Of a stretch of DNA of 64,000 bases, positions 54,033 to 64,000 are shown in pieces. Source of the stretch: Octopus vulgaris (Eukaryota). Within the stretch, counting starts at the first letter, position 1; every line of letters starts with the position of its first letter. The notes below the pieces were generated by a model, which was given only the letters and a program-made list of their open reading frames with translations, was not told the DNA's origin and ran no database searches. Position numbers and translations under genes: made by a program. The stretch lies in the NCBI GenBank assembly GCA_951406725.2, contig OX597815.1, positions 134,726,001 to 134,790,000 of the forward strand. The letters are read 5' to 3'.

Positions 54033-55078
54033 ATGTATGTGTATGTATGTATGCATGCATGTATGTATGTGTGTGTGTGTGTGTGTGTATGTATACAAAC
54101 ACTTAAGATCAGGGAGGTTAGAAATCTAAAGAAATCTATTGGAGTCAAAGATAACTGTAGTGTGAATTGTTATACATCACTGATTTACTGTTCATGCAAG
54201 AATGCACGTTCGCGCGCGCGCTCACGCACACACGCAAATACATAGAAATATGTATAGATTTTAGCTAAATGAAACCGAACTGTATAAATTACTAAAATAC
54301 ACGAGACTGTCTTGTGCAACTGCATTTTTTTAAAAATACAATCTTTTTGCGGATATGAAAGAAGGCTCAGCTCAAACGGTTTCGACCATTATTGAAATTT
54401 AATCGCCGACTAACTATACATTCCTAACTAATCACACTTTTTAAATCGGATAACACGATTTTCATAAATAATGTACTCTTGCCAGATATTTAGATAAATA
54501 ATTTACTAATGCAATATAGTCCACAGCTCGATTATCTAAAAAGACAGCTGTTTATGAATGTCTGCTATATCTAATGAAACTAACACACGCAGTTTTGGTC
54601 TAACTCTCTGGATATTCTTTAGCACATGATGACATCGATAACGAATGCTGCTAAAGCGTCAGTAATTTATTAATCAAACTAGCTTCTAGAATGTGCTCTC
54701 TATGCAAATCGGTTTATCCAATTTAATGAAGTCATGGATAAGAGTGGACAGTTAGAGACCGTTAGTCAGTTGGCAATGTAATCTCATTAAAAATTGAAAC
54801 CAGCAGAACTGATCTATTTCTCTTCCTTCAATGGGAAGATTTTTTTTTAATGTAACTCAATCATGAAATCTCGGTTTCGATTTCGCTTGGTGGCACCTTT
54901 GTTAAGTGTAATCTTCTATAAGCTCGGGTCAACTCGGGTGAATGAAATTGGGTAGAAGGAAACTGAGTGGAAATTCTCTCGGATGGATTGATAAGAAAAT
55001 AGAAATTTTGTTGGATGGGTTACCCACTCGAGAGCGGGAGCGAAAGCACGAGCTAGATAGATAGAAAGATAGATAGAT

Positions 55079-55129
<51 letters not shown>

Positions 55130-55532
55130 ATCGATTACAATACGGTGAGTTATTTGTTCCGGCTCTCTGCTTCCTAAGTTCAAATATCTTTGAGGCTAAA
55201 TCTGCCTTTCAATCTTTTGGGATTGATAAATAAAGTAGTAATATGGCCCAATGGATTGGTGGGATTGTCAAATAGTCCTATGCGACGATTTGTGGTATCT
55301 TTGCTTGTTCTTGTGCTTTCGAAATTCCGCGGGTTCCTTTAATTGTAACTTTTATACATTGGTTTCCATGACAGCTTCGGATTCAATACTGCAAAGCGTT
55401 GACACTGTAAACAACGTAAAAAGATAACATGAAACTGTAAAGACGTCACAAAACTAAAGCATCTATCAATCAATCTGTCTATTTATCCATCCATCCATCA
55501 ATCCATCCATCCATCCATCCGTCTATCCATCC

Positions 55533-55606
<74 letters not shown>

Positions 55607-56024
55607 ATTAATTGAAACTATTCATGCCGTACTGTCAGCACTCAACTATTGAAAGAAATTATTCATCCACTAACACTCATTTTATTGTTGGTTATTGGAA
55701 TCGCATGAGCCGTTAAACAAGGCGCATATAGTTATCCTTATATATAATATGTCAAAGTTTTTACATTAAAGGTTGCGTATCACCCCTACTGTGCCAATTA
55801 CAAATAGGATGATAGATTTTGTAACTGCTATGTTTTTTTTTTATTCAACAGTTATATCGGTATAATTTCAATGCTTTTCGGCAAGCTCCTGCACAACACT
55901 AATCTATCTGTACATAGTATGTTCAAAGGAATACACTCAGAATATCATACAATTTATATAGGATATACAAATCAAATTTTATGCACAAATGGATTATAGT
56001 CGCTTGATATTGATATAGCGATTT

Positions 56025-56819
56025 CAAATTTTAGCCCAAGGCCAGCAATTTGGGGGGTTAAGTCGATTATATCGACTCCAGTGTTCAACTGATACTTATT
56101 TTATCGACCCCGAAAGGATGGAAGGCAAAGTCGACCTCGGTGGAATTTAAACACAGAACGTGAAGAAATATCGCGAAGCCATTTGCCCAGCTTGCTAACG
56201 ATTCTGTCAGCTCGCCGTCCTTGAGTTTCCATACATTGATTTCAAAATTTGGCACAAGGCCAGTAATTTTTTGGGGCAGGTGCTAGTCGATTACATAAAC
56301 CAGGTGCCCAATCGGTACTCATTTTAACGACCTCAAAAGAATGAGAAACAAAGTCGACCTCGACGGAATTTACACTCAGAACGTAAAAACGGACGAAATA
56401 CCCATTTCTTTACTACCCACAAGGGGCTAAATACAGAGAGGACAAACAAGGACAGACAAACGGATTAAGTCGATTATATCGACCCCAGTGCGTAATTGGT
56501 ACTTATTTAATCGACCCCGAAAGGATGAAAGGCAAAGTCGACCTCGGCGGAATTTGAACTCAGAACGTAAAAACGGACGAAATACCTATTTCTTTACTAC
56601 CCATAAGGGGCTAAACAAAGAGAGGACAAACAAGGACAGGAAAACGGATTAAGTCGATTATATCGACCCCAGTGCGTAATTCGTACTTATTTAATCGACC
56701 CCGAAAGGATGAGAAACAAAGTCGACCTCGGCGGATTTTGCACTAAGAACGTAAAAACGGACGAAATACCGCTAAGCGTTTTGCTCGGTTTGCTGACGAT
56801 ACTGCCAGCTCGCCGCCTT
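56025..56819 (-). mobile_element. SINE family A array: one copy with three central units plus an adjacent monomer
   Basis: Core ATCGACCCCGAAAGGATG.AAGGCAAAGTCGACCTCGG or close variants at about 56103, 56330, 56510 and 56695; heads at 56222 and 56819. Confidence 0.9.
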
Positions 56820-57069
56820 ACTTGATATTAATATATCGATAATTAGTTTTCTATTCTCACTAGGCTTATTTCTGTCTGCATGTTAATGTTCCATAGTATT
56901 TTCATACTGCTACTTTTTTAAAGACAAGGCCTATTCATTAAGCACTTGAAACTGGGTAGCTAACAGTATGTAAAACAACTTTACAACATTACTATTTTTG
57001 TATATATTTTGTGGGAGCTGACGCAGGAGTTCTCAATTCAATGTGCTGTATTATTTCAGAAATATATTA

Positions 57070-57281
57070 TACTAGTCGACCAGATCACAGAGAGTCTGTA
57101 AGTTCGAATTTTCCCCTCCTTGAAACTGAAAACCATATCTATGCAGTTCTTTCAGCAACAGATCCTTCTGCGTGAACAGCACACATTTCTTGAGCAGTAC
57201 TGGCAGATTTGGGACCTTGACTGAAAAGTGAAGACAAGCAGGCGTTGAAATTGCACATTTCATTCTTCTTGGCTTTCCATT
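57070..57281 (-). mobile_element. Mariner transposase N-terminal HTH relic
   Basis: MESQEE*NVQFQRLLVFTF / QGPKSASTAQEMCAVHAEGSVAERTA*IWF / FKEGKFELTDSL*SGR resembles the Mos1-type ICAVYGE....ERT...WF..F..G.F.L.D..RSGRP. Confidence 0.85.
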
Positions 57282-57482
57282 GTCCTATGAAAGAAAAGAG
57301 GCAACATTTATTCAAATTTCAATATTGATAAACAAAAGTTGCAGAGGAAGAATAGGCATAACATTAGAAAGAAGAGAAAAAAAAAAAACGAATGAAATTA
57401 TCTGTCATCTCAGAACATACGTATATACATACATGCATACATACATACATACATACATACATACATACATACATACATACAT

Positions 57483-57519
<37 letters not shown>

Positions 57520-57857
57520 TATATACATATATATAGGGGTATGTGTGTGTATATATATATATAACTATGTGTGTAATATATGTATATATATGATACTAAT
57601 TAAAATTTCGGGTTAATCTCTTGAGCATAATTAGTAAATTTAAATGAAGATTGCTTACATCACCAAGGGTGCAATTCTATGATTTCTTGACTGACTATGC
57701 TAACCTATTCTCTATTATTAAGTTTTCTTGCACCAGTTCTCCCTGTGTATCTCCCCCTGTCATTCTGGAGTTTACTGATGTTTGTACTGAGTCTATGTAT
57801 GTTAGATTTATATAAGGATTATGTAGTTTTGAGAATTTTTTGCACGTTCATTTAAAC

Positions 57858-58353
57858 CAATGATGAGGAAACCTCCGCCCGCGAGCCCGTTTTATCGTAC
57901 CCGCAGGCTAATATGTTTATATGTACAAAATATAGTAAATTTTTCAGTTATAAAATTTATACAATATTCGTATGCTTATTTGCGACATAGGTCGCGTTTC
58001 CACTACGACTTAAAATAGTCAGACTCGAAAAGAAATCGCCAGATAATTGCCATTTGAATGAAAATTTTGTTTTCGCTATGAAACACACATTATTAGATTT
58101 GTATCACCCCTTGAGACCCAACTACACTCTAGCTGAAAAATATAGAATACCTCATAAGTAATACAAACGTCCTAAATTCAGTAGTGACGTTAATGAAGAT
58201 GTTATACGTTAATTTAATGTTAAACCTATCTTTATTAATGTTTATCGAATTATAAGATCTGCACAGATCTAAGAGTTAGAATTTGTGATCCGCCCGTGGA
58301 CCTTTTACTTTGGAAATTTCTGCCCGCCTCACTAAAATGTTCCCCCACCCCTG
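57858..58353. mobile_element. hAT (Buster/Charlie-type) MITE
   Basis: Ends CAATGATGAGGAAACCT / ATGTTCCCCCACCCCTG, subterminal CCCGC repeats, 8-bp TSD ATTTAAAC / ATTTAGAC with central TA. Confidence 0.75.
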
Positions 58354-58395
58354 ATTTAGACAGTATATCATTGATTTCATTCTTATCACTCGTTA

Positions 58396-58612
58396 AGGCA
58401 GCGAGCTGGCAGAATCGTTAGCACGCTGGGCGAAATTCTTAGCAGCATTTCGCCCGTCTCTACGTTCTGAGTTCAAATTTCGCCGATGTCGACTTCGTCT
58501 TTCATCCTTTCGGGGCCGATAGATTAAGTACCAGTCAAACACTGGAGTCAATGTAATCGATTCCTCTCCTGACCCAAATCTAAGGCCTTGTGCCTTTACT
58601 AGAAAAGAGTCT
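58396..58612 (+). mobile_element. SINE family A monomer
   Basis: Full head, core and tail. Confidence 0.85.
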
Positions 58613-59284
58613 TATCATTCGTCTCTCATTTCATATCTCGGTGGCAATAGCGTCAATAGCGATGTTACATCGGAGGGAAAAAAAGAAATAGCTGTAAAAA
58701 TACGATTTCAAGGGAGAGAGAAAGCTAGTGAGACAGAAAAAGCGGGAGCAACAGAAATTACTGTTGAGTCGATCCAGTAATCCAAATATTTATTCAATAG
58801 AAGTTGCAAAAATATGTTTTTCTTCCCTTAACGCCATGTATTCCTTAGTGATATCAATAGAATTCAGATTTCTATTTAGTTTTTCGTCTTGTATCTTTAA
58901 TTTTAACATTCTCAATGTAAATCCGATTTTTAATTTTCCTGTCTTTCGCATATTATGTAATATTATTATATTATGTGATATAACCATCGCATATTATGTA
59001 ATATAGCTGCATAATGATGTGACGCAGCTGGTATTTGATAACAATCGTTCTCAAATGTTAGATTTTGGTCTTGTGTGTGCGCACACGCGCTCATGATGTG
59101 TGCCTATAATTGTGCGTACACACACATATAATGTATGTTGTATATTTATTCAACGCTAATGAAACACCATGTTTTACACCCAGTTTTTCTTTGTATTTTC
59201 ATTTTTTTTTTCATTCTCATCGTCGCCGTTGTCGTTGTAGTCGCTGTTGTTGTTGTTGTCATTATCTTTATCATTCATATACAC

Positions 59285-59646
59285 AAGAAAAAATTCCTAA
59301 CATCAGGCTGTCAAGAAACCTTAGATGTCAAAAAACCTCCTAAGTATCCTAGCTGTTCATAACAGCACTGTTTTCTACAGCTGTACTAAACTGTAGTTTT
59401 ATGCCTATTTCCTCTATTCATCTGTTCAAATTTTAGGGATAGTTCCTAATACACCTATAACTACTGGGAGACATTTTACCTTGACTTTCCATAGTCTCTG
59501 TAATCTGATGGCTAGGTCCTGGTACTTTACTATTTTTCTATACCTATCATATTGACTTTTTCACCATTTCGGACTGTAAAGTCAATTATCTGGCACTTGC
59601 TATTGTCTTTGCTTACTATTACTAAATCAGGTCTTCTAGCTTCTAA

Positions 59647-59650
<4 letters not shown>
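59285..59650 (-). mobile_element. R4/Dong-like LINE 3' fragment abutting (ATT)n
   Basis: LEARRPDLVIVSKDNSKCQIIDFTV...EK*..KYQDLA. Confidence 0.8.
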
Positions 59651-59679
<29 letters not shown>

Positions 59680-59741
59680 CATTATTATTATTATTGTTAT
59701 TATTATTATTATTATTATTATAGTAGTAGTAGTAGTAGTAA

Positions 59742-59809
<68 letters not shown>

Positions 59810-59811
59810 TT

Positions 59812-60112
59812 GTGGAGGCGCAATGGCCCGGTGGTTAGGGCAGCGGACTCGCGGTTGTACGATCGCGGTTTCAATTCCCAGACCGGGTGTTGTGAGTGTT
59901 TATTGAGCGAAAACACCTAAAGCTCGACGAGGCTCCTGCAGGGGGCGGTGGCGATCCCTGCTGTATTTTTCGCCACAACTTTTTCTCATTCTTTCTTCTG
60001 TTGGTCAACTCAGTTAGCCAGCGGGGTGGCGTTATTTGAAGGCTTAAACAATGCGAAGCGCATTGTGACCAGCGATGTGTAGCAACATCTGATAGCCTGG
60101 TCGGTCACGGTG
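59812..60112 (+). mobile_element. tRNA-headed SINE (C-like head) between (TAG)n and (ATT)n
   Basis: GTGGAGGCGCAATGGCCCGGTGGTTAGG (A box) and GGTTTCAATTCCC (B box). Confidence 0.75.
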
Positions 60113-60198
<86 letters not shown>

Positions 60199-60200
60199 TT

Positions 60201-60518
<318 letters not shown>

Positions 60519-61005
60519 TTAGTGATGTAAAACTAAGAAAATTGCATAAAGAAAGATAATATTTTCAATTACGTGACTAAGATGGCAGTTCAAATCGAAG
60601 GAAAGAGTTTTTGATGTTGCGTAACTTTCGAGGAACATTGTTAAGATTCAGTCACAGTAGTAAAGTGTACTTTTGCCAATGAAATTGATATTTGGTTGTT
60701 TTTATGTAAATAATCCAGTCGGAGTTATATTTATATCTTGCGACTTCTATTGAAATCACACAACAGTTCTCATTCATCATTGATTTTTGCAAAACAGCTT
60801 CATTCACAATCATTGGTCGGATTGTGCAGAGTGAATGAAAACGGTTATTTGTGCATTCAGCATAGAATATTTAGAAGTTAGAGCAAGGCTTGCTCATAGA
60901 AAATTTTAGATTTTTATGAGTTTGAATTTGAATTATATTACTGTTCTTTCTCAAGAGAATCAGAGACAAAATACTCTTGGCGTCAAATGACCGGTAACTG
61001 CTATG

Positions 61006-61086
<81 letters not shown>

Positions 61087-61123
61087 CCTACCTACCTACA
61101 TACCTACCTACCTACCTACCTAC

Positions 61124-61193
<70 letters not shown>

Positions 61194-61381
61194 GTCTGTC
61201 TGTCTGTCTGTCTGTCTGCTCGTCCTCCTGTCTATTCTGTCTGCTTTGTCTCTCTGTCTATACGCATACATGTGTACACATAGGTGTGTGTATGCATATG
61301 CTTGTATATCGATGAACATATATGTACAAATGTATGTACGTACACACGCGCACGCAGGTACACACTCACGTACACACACAC

Positions 61382-61435
<54 letters not shown>

Positions 61436-62504
61436 CAATGTAATGACAGAAATACCAACACAGAAATGACGTTTTGAGTTTAAGCGCTTCTTCAGAAAGT
61501 CTGGTAGAAGGAAGCGTATACAACCTCCCCCCAACCCCGCAAAAATGGGATTAATTGAGAAATACAGTAATATCTGAGTTATGTCACATTAAAATATCGA
61601 AAGTGAAGAGGATCAAAAGAGGCTTCATACGTACGAGGTTAACAAGGAACCGAGTTAGCGTGACCACGTACACCCGAATGCCTATCCGTATTTTTTGAAC
61701 TCTAAACCTATGCGTTTTATGTATCATTTTATGTACATTTTGAACCTTGTACGTATTATGTATAAATGTAATGTTAAAAAGTGCATGCGTGTGTATGTGC
61801 TCTTTGGTTTGTTTATATGTACCATATGGACATAGAAAGGGCTCCTTAGCCGTAGTGAAGGCAATCTATCTAGGGAGATAACCTTACAATAAATCACTGG
61901 GTCCGTAGCTTAGAAATACTGGGTTGACGTCCAGCGGGAACAGCTTTGTTTCATGGAGGAGGAAAGATCTTCTTTAGTACTTGGTTGTACAATGCTTTCC
62001 ATTGTGTGTAGTAGTGTCGCGCGCACACATTATTAGCCATTTGAAAATACTATGAAAGTCTCGACCACGGTCGAACAATGATGATGATGACCATATGGAC
62101 ATTTGAAAATGTGTGTGCTTGTGTTAACGTAAACGTGGTGTGTAGACATTCGAATGTGTATTCTGAAGTCTGTTCGTGTACGTGTGTTGTGTTATGGAGG
62201 TGATAGAGTGCTGCTATTGGAGTGGGGGGATACGCGTGCGCTTGTGTGCATGTGTATATACACACATTAACTAACTAACTAACTAACTATACATACGAGC
62301 GCACAAATACACACACATACACACACACACACACTCTTACACTCTCACACATATATAGTCGTGTTACTGTGTATATTGCGGTGCTGTTGCTACAGTCTGG
62401 TACATAGGAATGTGTGTACGCGACTGTGTGCTAGTGACAGGGATTGGGGCTTTATGTGTCTTTTTTACTGTTATTGCAAGTCTTTTCCTTGTTATTGGCA
62501 CATT

Positions 62505-62728
62505 CTTTACTCTTTTACCCTTTTACTTGTTTCAGTCATTTGACTGCGGCCATGCTGGAGCACCGCCTTTAGTCGAGCAATTCGACCCCGGGACTTATTC
62601 TTTAAAAGCCCAGTGCTTATTCTATCGGTCTCTTTTGCCGAACCGCTAAGTTACGGGGACATAAACACACCAGCATCGGTTGTCAAGCGATGTTGGGGGG
62701 GGGGGGACAAACACAAACACACACACAT

Positions 62729-62759
<31 letters not shown>

Positions 62760-62930
62760 CATACATACGACAGGCTTCTTTCAGTTTCCGTCTACCAAAT
62801 TCACTCACAAGGCATTGGTCGGCCCGGGGCTATAGCAGAAGAGACTTGCCCAAGATGTCACGCAGTGGGACTGAACCCGGAACCATGTGGTTGGTTAGCA
62901 AGCTACTTACCACACAGCCACTCCTGCGCC
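62505..62930 (-). mobile_element. SINE family B, full length
   Basis: Colinear with 23250-23672. Confidence 0.9.
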
Positions 62931-64000
62931 AGAAATATCATTGCAGAAATATCTAAATCATAAGACACGTTTCTGTACATAGACGTAGACATATAAGTTC
63001 TCGTGCACACATAGCTACATGCAGATTTGCTGGTACCCCATGTATGTGTGTAATTATTTTTACATATTTCATTACTCACATTTTGTACCAGGGAACCTCC
63101 GCACAATTGCCTCACGCGCTCGCAGTAGTAGCGCCAAGTCTCTCTCTCAAATACAAAGGAAAAACAAAAGAAAAAAGGAAGGACCAAATTGAATGATGTA
63201 CTCCAGAGTCACTAATAAGACAGAGGAGTAAACAACATCAGCAATCATTTGAACTTCAGTGGAATTATCCTACACTGTATCTTTAGATATTTCTATCACG
63301 TCTAAGAGATCTCTTGAAAATTATATTTAATGCTTCTTTCACATAGTATCTTATTCATGATTAAGCTAGATATTATTTTGTTGTACTGAAGTCAATATTG
63401 ATTAATCTGACGTGTTGAATAATCTAACAATTCTTAGCTTTCTAAGCTCTTTCGTTTTCTTTTGATAAGAGATTGTAGTTTAGCCCTAGTCCTGCTTGCC
63501 TATGAGCTAAAGTATTCCGTCAGTGATCATCAAGTCTTATTTTTCAGACAGTGTAAGCGAATGTCCTTTTTGTTTTGTTTCTTAATACAAAGGGTGTTCT
63601 ATCTGAGGGGTATTTTGGCTACTGTTTCTAGCAAATCAAGTGACCTCATTGTTTTCTGAATTATGAAATGATTGTCTTGCAGAAAAATCCTTTAAAAATT
63701 TTCAGTACGTCGGTGTATGATTTCAAAATTGTTTTATATCTTTCATTTTAACCGTCTACACACAACCTATTCATTCGTTGTGAATACCTTGTCAGTAAAA
63801 CGATTTAGCTTCTGACCTCTTGAAACTGAACTAACTTTTTACTTATTTGTTTATTTGCTGGAAAACAGATAAAGCGCCAGTAAGACTTTACATTCTCTCT
63901 TACAAGTCGATATATTTTCTGCCTATCCGTTAGCATCAGGTTAGTTTGGAGCTTCTACAGCTCAAAGAAATTAACACTGTTGTTATTTTCACTGAATATA

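Noticed and set aside
56025-56819. Regularly spaced repeats resembling a CRISPR array
   Set aside because: The units are whole SINE segments with no unique spacers, in a eukaryotic context with no cas genes.
57281-57300. Strong minus-strand splice acceptor before an ATG
   Set aside because: The downstream sequence is a mariner transposase relic, not a host exon.
59812-59890. tRNA-like sequence
   Set aside because: It is a SINE head with A and B boxes, not a complete cloverleaf tRNA gene.

Overview
AT-rich, microsatellite-saturated animal genomic DNA, most likely an octopus or other cephalopod (inferred from the SINE families and repeat load, not proven). I found no convincing host protein-coding exon, and almost all ORF-track entries are translated microsatellites. 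The window is a transposon graveyard: three tRNA-headed SINE families, mariner/Tc1/maT/pogo and hAT relics and MITEs, a DINE-1/Helentron-type element, RTE and CR1-like LINE pieces, a Gypsy integrase scrap, Penelope-like (PLE) RT/GIY-YIG relics, and a nest of R4/Dong-type LINE 3' ends in (AAT)n. The main unannotated signal is a dense, diverse set of minimal type I hammerhead ribozyme motifs: five with an intact core, one with a CCGA core variant, and several decayed. They sit in short non-coding modules that usually abut (TA)n tracts and often carry inverted or direct terminal duplications, consistent with PLE pLTR / retrozyme-like units. All folds and alignments were read by eye, so coordinates may be off by a few bases.
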